The notes beneath the pieces are model-generated. The model was given only the letters and a program-made list of their open reading frames with translations. It did no database searches and had not been told where the DNA came from. Of a stretch of 64,000 nt of DNA, positions 23,001-36,800 are shown one piece after another; positions within the stretch are counted from its first letter, which is position 1, and each line of letters begins with the position of its first letter. The translations under genes were made by a program, and so were the position numbers. The stretch lies in assembly GCA_964016885.1 (NCBI GenBank), contig OZ024741.1, positions 19,158,001 through 19,222,000 on the forward strand. Direction: 5' to 3'. This DNA comes from Eledone cirrhosa. Taxonomy: Eukaryota.

Positions 23001-25714
23001 CGTATTCTTTTGATCATTACCCAAGATTCATGGCCAGATGTAAGGGTTGGCACGAATACCGAATTGAAGATAGCAAGTTTGGTTTTTTCACCTACCTCCC
23101 TTAAACTTCTAATGTAAATTTAACTGTTAACTTTTTGTACCACATGTAACCACATTAGTAAAACATTCTTGAAAATTATAGAACAGCAATACAACTGCAT
23201 CACATTAAAATTAAAGTCACTATTTTAGTTTACTACAAATTTTTACACCTTGTCCATTTGTAAAGATTCAATAAACATCTGAATCTATAAATATCTTTTT
23301 AGATATTTTCTGCTAAATCATTACAGGATTGTTAAGAGTTAAAGAAGTGCATTTATTTGCTAATATCTGAAATATTTAAAAATGAGTGCCCACCTCCAAC
23401 AATTTTGCATGTGGATTGCTTACTATCTCATTATTATTTTTTCTTTTCCTCCACCATTAGACTGCATCCATCTATATTTAAAGCTACAAGTGTACCACTG
23501 AATGCCTAATGGACACTAATAAGCTAAAATATGATGTTGTTTCTCTGTATCTGTTTAATCCTTTGTATAGCAAACTGCTTGACACTGCCCTGGATTTATG
23601 ATACAAAATTGCTCTTTTTAAAACTGTTCCATCATAATTTTTAGAAAATGCTAAGTAGTAATATTCTAGATATCTGCTTACTAATGAAAAACTTATTTTA
23701 TTAATTGAAGCCCATAGTGTATTTCATTAGAAATATGATAATGAAAGGGATAATATATTGATATCATTAGATATATGGTAATGAAAGGGATAGTATATTG
23801 ATATCATTAGATATATGGTAATGAAAGGGATAGTATATTGATATCATTAGATATATGGTAATGAAAGGGATAGTATATTGATATCATTCGATATATGGTA
23901 ATGAAATGGTTAGTATATTGATATCATTAGATATACAATAATGAAAGGGTTAATATATTGATATCATTAGATATACAATAATGAAAGGGTTAGTATATTG
24001 ATATCATTGGATATACAATAATGAAAGGGTTAATATATTGATATCATTAGATATACAATAATGAAAGGGTTAGTATATTGATATCACTAGATATACAATA
24101 ATGAAAGGGTTAATATATTGATATCATTAGATATACAATAATGAAAGGGTTAGTATATTGATATCATTAGGTATACAATAATGAAAGGGTTGATATACCA
24201 GTATCACTCCTCACCACTATTTTCTCCACCACCATGCTGCTACTGTTGTTATTGATGCTCCATGTGAATATCTTGTTATACCTTAGTTTATTTCATATCA
24301 CTCTCTCTCACACACACACTTTCACTCTCTCTCACACACACACTTTCACTCTCTCTCACACACACACTTTCACTCTCTCTCACACACACACTTTCACTCT
24401 CTCTCTCACACACACACTTTCACTCTCTCTCTCACACACACACTTTCACTCTCTCTCTCACACACACACTTTCACTCTCTCTCTCACACACACACTTTCA
24501 CTCTCTCTCTCACACACACACTTTCACTCTGTCTCTCTCACACACACACACTTTCACTCTCTCTCTCTCTCACACACACTTTCACTCTCTCTCTCTCACA
24601 CACACACACTTTCACTCTCTCTCTCTCACACACACACTTTCACTCTCTCTCTCTCACACACACACTTTCACTCTCTCTCTCTCTCACACACACACACTTT
24701 CACTCTCTCTCTCTCTCACACACACACTTTCACTCACTCTCTCTCTCTCTCACACACACTTTCACTCTCTCTCTCACACACACACTTTCACTCTCTCTCT
24801 CACACACACACTTTCACTCTCTCTCACACACACACTTTCACTCTCTCTCTCACACATACACTTTCACTCTCTCTCTCTCACACACACACACTTTCACTCT
24901 CTCTCTCTCACACACACACTTTCACTCTCTCTCTCTCACACACACTTTCACTCTCTCTCTCACACACACACTTTCACTCTCTCTCACACACACACTTTCA
25001 CTCTCTCTCTCACACACACACTTTCACTCTCTCTCTCTCACACACACACACATTCACTCTCTCTCTCACACACACACACACTTTCACTCTCTCTCTCTCA
25101 CACACACACTTTCACTCTCTCTCTCTCACACACACACTTTCACTCTCTCTCTCTCACACACACACTTTCACTCTCTCTCTCTCTTACACACACTTTCACT
25201 CTCTCTCTCACACACACACACTTTCACTCTCTCTCTCACACACACACTTTCACTCTCTCTCTCACACACACACTTTCACTCTCTCTCTCACACACACACA
25301 CATTCACTCTCTCTCACACACACACACACACTTTCACTCTCTCTCTCTCTCTCACACACACACTTTCACTCTCTCTCTCACACACACACTTTCACTCTCT
25401 CTCTCACACACACACTTTCACTCTCTCTCTCACACACACACTTTCACTCTCTCTCTCTCTCTCACACACTTTCACTCTCTCTCTCTCTCTCACACACTTT
25501 CACTCTCTCTCTCTCTCTCACACACACTTTCACTCTCTCTCTCTCTCACACACACTTTCACTCTCTCTCTCTCTCATACACACTTTCACTCTCTCTCTCT
25601 CTCTCTCTCACACACTTTCACTCTCTCTCTCTCACACACACACTTTCACTCTCTCTCTCTCACACACACACTTTCACTCTCTCTCTCTCTCTCTCACACT
25701 TTCTCTCTCTCACA

Positions 25715-25755
<41 letters not shown>

Positions 25756-27763
25756 ACACACACTTTCTCTCTCTCTCACACTTTCTCTCTCTCACACTTT
25801 CTCTCTCTCTCTCACTTTCTCTCTCTTTCTCTCACACTTTCACACACACTCTCTCTCTCTCTCTCTCACTTTCTCTCTCTTTCTCTCACACTTTCACACT
25901 CTCTCTCCCTCTCTTTCAATGTCTCTCACTCTCTAACTTTATACATACATAACCCCATATACTACACTACAAACAATAACAATATCACATGCTATCAGCA
26001 TGTCACATGACTTCCACATGTACACATTGAAATACTGTAAATCACAAGTAGATATTTACACCAACTCCAGGCCACATCACCTTCACATGTGGCTGTACAC
26101 CAACTCCAGGCCACATCACTCCCACATGTGGCTTTACACCAACTCCAAGCCACATCACCCCCACATGTGGCTGTACACCAACTCCAGGCCACATCACCCC
26201 CACATGTGGCTGTACACCAACTCCAGGCCACATCACCTTCACATGTGGCTGTACACCAACTCCAGGCCACATTACCTTCACATGTGGCTGTACACCAACT
26301 CCAGGCCACATCACCCCCACATGTGACTGTACACCAACTCCAGGCCACATCACTCCCACATGTGGCTTTACACCAACTCCAAGCCACATCACCCCCACAT
26401 GTGGCTGTACACCAACTCCAGGCCACATCACCCCCACATGTGACTGTACACCAACTCCAGGCCACATCACTCCCACATGTGGCTTTACACCAACTCCAAG
26501 CCACATCACCCCCACATGTGGCTGTACACCAACTCCAGGCCACATCACCCCCACATGTGGCTGTACACCAACTCCAGGCCACATCACCTTCACATGTGGC
26601 TGTACACCAACTCCAGGCCACATTACCTTCACATGTGGCTGTACACCAACTCCAGGCCACATCACCCCCACATGTGACTGTACACCAACTCCAGGCCACA
26701 TCACTCCCACATGTGGCTTTACACCAACTCCAAGCCACATCACCCCCACATGTGGCTGTACACCAACTCCAGGCCACATCACCCCCACATGTGGCTGTAC
26801 ACCAACTCCAGCCCACATCACCTTCACATGTGGCTGTACACCAACTCCAGGCCACATCACTCTCACATGTGGCTGTACACCAACTCCAGGCCACATCACT
26901 CCCACATGTGGCTGCACACCAACTCCAGGCCACATCACTCCCACATATGGCTGCACACCAACTCCAGGCCACATCACTCCCACATGTGGCTGCACACCAA
27001 CTCCAGGCCACATCACTCCCACATGTGGCTTTACACCAACCCCAGGCCACATCACTCCCACATGTGGCTGCACACCAACTCCAGGCCACATCACTCCCAC
27101 ATGTGGCTGCACACCAACTCCAGGCCACATCACTCCCACATGTGGCTGCACACCAACTCCAGGTCAACTCCAGCTGTATCGGTCAGTGCCTTTCCCTTGG
27201 ACAACATTGGTGGCGTGTAGAGAGTGGAGGCTGGTATGTATGGGTGACAGCTGGTCTTCCACAAACAAACCTTGGCCGGACTTGTCTTGGAGGCGAACTT
27301 TCTAGGTGCAAATCCCATGGTCATTCGTGACAGAGGAAGGTCTTTACCACCTTTAATGAAATAATTTATACTTCTAATAAACCCTTCCGAATTATTTATT
27401 AATTAATTCAAACATTATATATTTCATTAGTGACATAGCAATGAAAGGATTAATAATTTTAATAATTCTGCAGAGTGCTGAAAATTATGAAGTAATTTTC
27501 TGGAATTTTAAAAATTGCAGTAATTCTTTAAAACTTGGTAAACTGGATCATCGCTCTGTGAAATTCTGGAACAAAAACAAAAATAAATTCTTCAAAATGA
27601 AAATCTCTTGTGTAAATCTAGAAAATTTCAAAAATATTTTTGTGTAATTCTTTGATTATCGCGAAATCTGGAATAGTTTCTAGATAAAAAAAATATTGTT
27701 ATAATATTTCAGTGTTTTTGCTATCGAGAAAAGTGCCACAACATATGAATATGATATATATGC

Positions 27764-27811
<48 letters not shown>

Positions 27812-30800
27812 TAGCGAGAATCGTATTTCGGCTATTAGAAATTAGCGAAAAACAACTTGCGAGATGTGTGGCAAGCGCTCCATAGAAGCTAGTGAACTAG
27901 AGCAACAACAGAAGTTAAAAGGCCAAACACACTGAGACGATGGTTAAACCATTATCCGCACAGCTATAGAAACGACCAAGTAATTTGGGTCAAACAAATA
28001 AATAAATATATATATATATATTATCATCATCATTGTTTAATGTCCATTGTCCACGCTAGCAAGGGTTAGACAGGTTTGTCCCATTTAGAAGCAAGTTGGG
28101 TCAGGTGACAGTGTCTCGCTCATATAGAACTGTTTCTGACTGTTCTCTATGACTGGGTGCCCTTCCTAGTGGCAACCACATTTGCAGTGTGGGCTGGGTG
28201 CTTTGGGTCATGACACCTACGCAACCACTTTACAGTGGAAGTTTTGTGGAACCAACATAACACACACACATACATATATATAAATGAAGAGATTGCGTTG
28301 GTTGCGTATGAAGGATGACAGCTGCATAAAAAGTGCAGAGCGCTCAAAATAAAATCGTTGGATGCTTTGGAGTGGGGAGACCTAGGAAGACTTGGGATGA
28401 GGGGATAAAAGCCGACCTTACCCAACTGCACTTCTCAAAGCCGATGACACATGACCAGGATCTCTGACTTCTGACGAGCACAAGCTGAAGCATATATACA
28501 ATATGACTTTTGGAAGGCATCCAGTTACAGAAACTCAACCAGGCCTGTATGAACATGGTCACCTGACCTAGGATTGCCCACAACAGGACAATCTCACCTA
28601 CTCTATGCTAGCATGGAAAATGGATGGAGATGATGATGATATGTGCATACATACACAAATATGTATATATAGACCATGTGTGTATATATATTTATATACC
28701 TCCCAGCCTACACGGTAAAGTGGTCGTGTAAAAGACATGGCAAAAAGCACCCAGCACTCACTGTCAATGTGGTTGGCGTTAGGAAGGGCATCCAGCCATA
28801 GAAAACCAGTCGGAAACAGTTCTATATGAGTGAGACAGTCACCCAACTTGCCTCTAAATAGGACCCATCTAACCCATGCTAGCATGGAAAATAGACATTA
28901 ATCGATGATGATGATCACACATGCTCTGTACGTACATATTTGTGTGTATATACACATATCATCATCACATCTGTCTTACGTCCATTTTCCATGCTAGCAT
29001 GGATTAGACGGGTTGTCCTGGTGTGGGCAATCTTAGGTCACAGCATTAGGTGACCATGTCTTACACATACTGGACTGGATCTGGCTTAGCTTCTGCAGCT
29101 GGATGCCCTTCCTAATGTCTACACAGGGTGTCCCCCAAAAATGTATACACACTTTGATTACCAGTACAGGCAATATTTATTAGAATGCACAGTCTTTCCC
29201 CAAAATAAAATGATCTGCAGACATAATTCAATTGTATGTAAACACCCAAAAATATTTACATAATTTAAATAATGCATATAAAACAGAATTTATTTTAATA
29301 CATTTTTTAAAGATTCTTTTTGTATACATTTTTGGGGAACACTCTATGTATAATATATATATATATATATATATATAACAAAGGAATTGTGGTAAGGGAC
29401 CAGATGGACCATAACGCACCAGAGTATTCAATACTTAGAGTAGTAGAGTGGGAAATAGGAAAAAGTATGACCCCGACAGCAGAGCTCAAGCCGTTTCGAC
29501 GGCTATTTCTGGACTAAATTTAGTCCAGAAATAGCCGTCGAAACGGCTTGAGCTCTGCCGTCGGGGTCATACTTTTTCCTATATATATATATTATATTGT
29601 TTTCAGATATCCCTCAAAATTCAATAATTTATAGAATTAAATTGAAGTAAAAGATAGAGAATGTCTATGTAAGCAAAAGTCATCTTACCATCAGAGATGG
29701 TATGAAGTTGTTATTATTATTGTGGATTGGCAGTATCAGTAGAGTGTCGGACAATATGCTTTGTAACATAGAGTTACAGCCCTTTAGGGTCTGAGCTCAA
29801 ATCCCGCCGAGGTTAGCTTTACCTTTCATCCATATAGAGTCGATAAGATAAGGTACCGGTAATGCTCTAGGTCAATTTAAAACATTTTCATCTTCCCTTC
29901 AAATTACTAGCCTTGTGTGAAAAGTAGAAACAATTATTATTATTATTATTTATATATGCATATATTCTGATTGCAGCTGCCGAAATAGCTGCTGAGCTAG
30001 ACCGGGATGAACAGGAAGAATCTGGAGTAATGGCGGCTGTGAAACATCAAGAACGAGAATATCTCGGCATGTTGGAATACAACAAGACCGATGAAACTGC
30101 ACTCATTAAGAACCTCATATTTGGTAAGGAAAAAAAATGTCTTTTGGGGCCGGAAGGGGTAGGGGGGGGGGGGGGGTGTTCTGGATTTATATTGGCAGTT
30201 TTTGACAATTTTTTTATAGAATCTGTGACAACTACTTCCTGGAAATGTTGTGCTAGTAACATTTCTGGTATTTTGTGTATATGTGGATGTTTTGATTGTT
30301 GTAAATTTTGTGTATGTTTGTGGTGTTCTCTGTGTATGTATGTGTATATATGTTGTGTGTGTGTTGTCCAATGTTGTGTGTGTATGTATTGTACAATATT
30401 GATGTTATCCAACCATCCTGCTCAGGGTCTACCCCTGGCTGTCCTGCTGGCTGGTTTTGCCTGTAAAATCTGTCCAGCCATTCTAACACAAGCCCATAGT
30501 ATCGGAGCTGTGATCTCTTAATTCAGAGTAGTTGCAGCTCTACCAGGAGTGAATTTGATCTCAGAGCTACACTCTATCAAGTAACGTTACTCCATAGACT
30601 CTTTGGGGGAACCCCATTATGGATGTTTGTATTCGCAATCATATTCTTTGTCATTATCCAAGATTCCGGACCATATGTAAGGATTGGCGCAAATACCAAA
30701 TTGAAAGTAGCGAGTTTAGCTTGTATACCTAACTCCCTTCTGATGACTGAATGCTGAAGCTGGTGCATTACTGCTCTTCCATATATATATATACAGACTT

Positions 30801-33800
30801 ATGTAGCTAAATCTTTATATTTCTCTCTGTTATTTACCTCCTACCCTCTCTCTATCTCCTCCTTTAGATCTTCTGTCCTATCTAACTAAACCTCCTTATG
30901 TTCCCATTAATTTTTCCCTACAACTGAGTGGAAAATTTGAGGATTTGAGCATAACTTCAAAGTTACTGCATGGCAACATTTCAAAGCTACTGAGCAGTAT
31001 AACATCAAAGCTACTGCATAGCAACATTTCAAAGCTACTGAGCAGTATAACATCAAAGCTACTGCATGGCAACATTTCAAAGCTACTGAGCAGTATAACA
31101 TCAAAGTTACTGCATGGCAAAATTTCAAAGCTACAGTGCAGCAATATTTCAAAGCCACTGGGCAGAAACATTTCAAAACAATTGTGAGGACTCATTTCAA
31201 AGCTACTGCTTGGCAACATTTCAAAGGTGTTGTGTGGAAACATTTGAAAAGTATAGCGTGGCAACATTTCACAGCTACTAAGTGACAACATTTTTATGTG
31301 TGTGGCACCAATAGACCAGTTGTACTTCCTACTATGTATTTACCATTCTACATACTATTTCTCTGTTTCTTTCTCTATCTCCAGATCTCCAACCTTATGT
31401 GGCTGAATCTATGTTACCTGGACTACCAGCCTACATTATTTTCATGTGTATCAGACACACTGACCACATCAATGAGGACGACAAAGTCTGTAGCCTGCTG
31501 ACCAGTGTAGTCAATGGAATAAAGAGAGTGGTGAAGGTAAGGGAGGTAATTGACTGTCCTTTCTAAATTCTCTTGGATCAACATTGTAGAATTTATTTAT
31601 TTATTCTATGTAAGAAAAATGTTATTATTATTATTGGAGAAAGAAAGAAATGAATGGAAATCTATAAATATATGTAGAAATGTATGAAATGTAATTATAT
31701 GAAATAAAATACATATAAATAATAACGTTGGTAATAATATCTTCTTTTATTTTGTGTATTTTATTACAGAAAAATAGCTCTGATATTGAAAAAGTTACGT
31801 TATGGCTGGCCAACTGTTGTCGATTGTTACATAATTTAAAACAATATAGTGGAGAAAAGGTGAGATTTCTCATTTGTCTGTCTGTCTATCTATCTGTCTA
31901 TCTTCATATACCTGTATGTAAACTCCCCATTTGTATTTGTCCCCTTCTTTTGTGCCCTTGTGGCTAATAAAGAAATTTATCTATCTGTCTATCTATCCAG
32001 CCCCTGTGGCTAATAAAGAAACATATCTATCCATTTGTCTATCTATCTATCTATCTATCTATCTGTCTGTCTAATTATCAATCACTTTATCCTTCTATCT
32101 GTCTCCCTATCCATCTATTTGTCTCTTGATCCTGCTCTCGCTCTCTCTCCTGCTTTCACTTTCCCCCCTCTCACTCCCCCTCTTTCCTCTCACCCTTCCC
32201 TCTCTTTCCTCACTCCCCCCTCTCTCATATATTCTGTGTCTGATCCTCTCTCTGCTCCTTACAGCGCTACCAAAATTCCAATAGTCAAAAACAGAATGAT
32301 CACTGCTTACGGAACTTCGACCTGTCTGAGTACCGACCAGTCTTTACCGACTTGTGTGTCTATAATTACAGACAATTAATTAAAGTTTTGAAAGAAAATC
32401 TGGATAAACTCATTGGTAAGTATTCTTTCTTCTCTTTGTCTAAACATTGTTGAGATTAAAATCAAAGGAGCACTTTAGTCAAGAATGTTCCTCTTCAAGA
32501 CACAGGCCTGGGCTAGGTATTTTGTGGAAGACCAGCAGTTGCTTGTTATGCATGACTCCCTTCACCATACCACTGATGTTGCTCCAAAGAAATGGCAAGG
32601 GCCTATACAGCTTGGTACCACTGTACCAGTGCCATTGCAGGAAAACCCAGGACGGGAAAGGCCAAAAGATGTACCTCAAGACATCAGATCTGGCATTTTA
32701 GCAATTCCACCAATCCATTGCCATGGACTGGTACTTTATTTTATCGACTCTGAAAGAATGAAAGGCAAAGTTGACCCTAGTGTAATATGAACTTAAAGCA
32801 CAGAGACCCAGAACATCACCAAGTATTTTAATCTGATGTTATAATAACCCTGTCAATCTTTTGTCTTTCTAATGGCAATAATATTGTTATATACAATCAA
32901 ATGAAGCCAAAATACTATCTTGAAAACATTCAATTAATCCTGATATATTTTAGGTAAAATATCTCTTTTCAAAGGTGTTAAGAGAACATGGGAGAGAAAA
33001 AATTATTATACAATATTGTAACAGTAATATACGTGAACGACAAAGCATAAATGAATTGAGAGAGAGACTGAGCATAAGAGGAATCAAATGCTGCGTGCAG
33101 GAGAGGCGGTTACGCTGGTATGGACATGTGATGCGTATGAAGGATGACAGCTGCATAAAAAGGTGCAGAGCACTAGAAGTTGATGGAAACCGCGGAGTGG
33201 GGAGACCCAAGATGACTTGGGATGAGGTGATAAAAGCCGACCTTACCCAACTACACCTCTCAAAGTCAATGACACACGACCGTGACTTCTGGCGTCACGC
33301 AGTAATACAGGGTACCCGACCTCCCATGGGTACATGCTGAAGCGTATAAACAATATGCCCCCCCCCCCCCACCACAAGGTGGTCGTGGAGGTGCCACGGC
33401 AAAAAAGCACCCAGCCCACACTGTAAAGTGGACGTGTAGGCGCCACGGAAAAGCACCCAGCACTCACTGTAAATGAGGTTGGTGTTAGGAAGGGCATCCA
33501 GCTGTAGAAATCAAGCCAGATCAGTTCCTGTATGAGCAAGGCATGGTCAGCCGACCAGACACTGCCCACAACAGGACAACCCGTCTAACCCATGCTAGCG
33601 TGGAAGAACGGACGTAAAACGGTGATGATGATGATGATGATGATGAATATATCTATTAAGGTGTCATTGCTAAATTATATAGTTGTCATTTTCTTTTTCC
33701 AGTTCCTGCTATCCTCGAACATGAAGCCATTGCAGGCTTAGACAAGGAGGACCGACGTGGACGTATACCAAACAATGAAGGAGAGCCTGATGCGCTGGAT

Positions 33801-36800
33801 AATCTTCAGAAGATTGTAAGTAACCCCTCTTTATCTCTATTATGTCTCCCCCTCTTTATCCCTACTGAGTCTCCCCCTCTCTTTATCCCTACTGAGTCTC
33901 CCCCTCTTTATCCCTACTGAGTCTCCCCCTCTTTATCTCTACTGTGTCTCCCCTACATTGACTCTTGTACTAGCAACTCCTCCACCATTGTTTCACTCCA
34001 TCATCTCTAGAACTGTTACCCCTTGCTCTGCAAGTAATTCCTTTTGTTCCCCTTCCTATATTCACTCTTTCAGGGTTGATAAACTAAGTACCAGCTATGT
34101 ACTTGGGGCAAGTTATGTCCACCTACCTATGTAACATTATTACGATTGGCAGTATCGGTAGAGGGTAGAACGCCATGCTTTGACGCATAGAGTTATGGCC
34201 CTTGCTATTCTGAGTTCAAATCCCGCCGAGGTTAACTTTGCCTTTCATCCTTACGGGGTCAATAAAATAAAGTACCAGTAATGCACTGGGTAATTGCTGG
34301 CCTTGTACCAAAAGGTAGAAACAATTATTACTATTATTCTGTTGTTTTCGTTCATGGCTAAAGGGGAAAGCATCTGACCCAGTTTGTTGAGAAGCTAAAC
34401 TGCCCTATGTTGTGGACCTACAGAGATGGTACTTGTTGTATTTGTGTTCAATGAAAGATATGTGTGACTCCTTAAAGAAGAGTGTCAAATATATGTTTGG
34501 GTTTATGTAGTGTATGTATAAGTGTATAAAGTGTGATATGTTAATTCTATAATCAGTCAAGAGTTCCAGTGTGCATGGGCACCAGATGAGATACCATGTG
34601 ATATTTGTGCCAGCTCTTTGTGTTTTGGGTTCAAAGTCCACTGTGGTTTATTTTGGTGGTCGGCCCATCACCAAGCAGCGGGGTGAGATTGTTTCTGAAT
34701 GACACTGCCTTCCTACTTTTCAATGGTCCATCCTCAAATTTAGATTAATTTACAGTGATATGCCCAACCTACCTCTAACCCATGCTAGCGTGGAAGATAG
34801 ATGTTAAACAATGATGATGATGCCTATTCTGAATTTAGAATTGTTGCAAATATCCTAAAGTTCCTCTGATCCCCAAAGCCTAGCAACAGGTTTATTTGGT
34901 GATACACTTAATCCAGTGCCTAATTGACCACCACCTCATTGACCATGAGTGTCTTAACAGTCCACTGTGTGTGTTTAAGAGGTGACGAAAAGGGTTGCTA
35001 CCTGGAAAAGAATACAGCTGTGAAACATGGTGATTCAGGCCTTGGATGCAAGGCAAACACTTACTTTAGAAGAGAAAAATGACCTTTAAAATGCTTGCTG
35101 CTGTTACCTGTTTCAAGTATTTGAGCCAGGTCTCCTGTCTGAAGACACATCCTTCTCTCCTGCTCTGTTTTTCAACTTCCGCCCACCATCAACATGGCTG
35201 GAGCCAATGCTGCTTCTAAGGAACAGACCTATGTTATTATCATTATTATCATGTAGAGCGGTGGATTGGCAGTATCGGTAGAGGGTCAGACGGCATGTGT
35301 TGATGCATAGAGTTACGGCCCTTGCCATTCTGATTTCAAATCCCGCCGAGGTTAACTTTGCCTTTCATCCTTACGGGGTCGATAAAATAAAGTACCAGTA
35401 ATACACTTGGATAATTGCTGGCCTTGTGACAAAAGTAGAAACAATTATTATGTAGAACGATGGATTAGCAACATTAGTAGAATGTCAGACAGAAGGCTTT
35501 GCAGAATTCCAAGTTTGAATCCCACTAAAGTCAGTTTTACCTTTCATCTTTCATTAGAAAGAATTATTATCATCCTACCAAGGTCAACTTTGCTTTTCAT
35601 CCTTCTAGAGTCAATAAAATAGAGTACCTTCTTCTTCGCCCACTTATTCCTAAGAGGGTCCGGAGGAGCAAAGTCCTCAAACACTCCCTCCAGCAGGCCC
35701 TGTCAGAAGCAACCATCGCCAAATGATCCAGCTGGATCCCACCAAGAGAGACCAGCCAAGCTCATGGATGTTATCCAACCATCTTACTCAGGGTCAACTT
35801 CTGGGGTTCTTGCCGGTTGGTTTTGCCTGTAAAATCTGTCCAGCCATCCTCTCCAGAGACATTCTAACCACATGTCCATAGTATCAGAGCTGTGATCTCT
35901 CAATTCAGAGAAGTAGCGACTCTACCTGGAGTCACTCTCGGATCTCCGAGCTACACACTCTATCAAGTATCATTTCTCCACAGACCCTTTGTACCCTTAA
36001 AGTACCATTTAAGTACTGGGGTCAATTTAATTGACTTTCCCTTTCCTCAAATTGTTGGCCTTGTGCCTAAACCAGAAACCATTTTGGCAGTATCGGTAGA
36101 GGGTCGGACTCCATGCTTTGATGCATAGAGTTATGGCCCTTGCCATTCTGAGTTCAAATCCCGCCAAGGTTAACTTTGCCTTTCATCCTTACAGGGTCGA
36201 TAAAATAAAGTACCAGTAATGTACTGGGTAATTGCTGGCCTTGTGCCAATAGTAGAAACAATTATTATTATTATTATTCATGTATTTCAGATGTCAAAGT
36301 ATATACGTGTTTTGAGAAACCATGCAGTAGATCCAGAAGTAATCGTACTCATTGTCAAACAGGTCAGTATATAGACTGGGTTTTATTGACTTACCCCTCC
36401 CACAAAGCTGCTGGATTTGTGCCTAAATCAGAAACCATTATTAATACTAGCAGAAAAATCACCCCTTGGTGGTTTTCTGCTAGCATGTGTAGTGTGTATA
36501 TTGATATTATACGCAAGTATATATACATGTAGATATGATACATCAAATAAAATCGTAATTGACAATATCCACAGAAATTGAACGAAGACTGCGTTACACT
36601 GTCTTATGTAATCAGTAACGTAATCCATGATACATTAAAAAAGACGATATTATATATAAACTGCATTAGGAGAAAATTAGTGACGGAAATATATGAATGT
36701 TTATTTAAGCGATCGCTAACCGGAAGTGTTGACATTTGAACATTTTAAAGAAGTGAATCTTTAAATAAGCAATAAAATATATTTATATTTAATCAAGAAT

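Noticed and set aside
24234-25952. 572-aa ORF (LSHTHTF repeats)
   Set aside because: Translation of a G-poor CT/CA microsatellite that cannot contain stop codons.
25995-27330. Long overlapping ORFs on both strands (WSWC, VGVQP and HQLQ repeats)
   Set aside because: Artefact of a 39-bp tandem unit. It is open in several frames at once, has no splice or start context, and lies inside a myosin intron.
27925-27980. Further hammerhead-like motif (ctgaga..atggttaaaccat..acagctata)
   Set aside because: Both core boxes are too degenerate to support a call.
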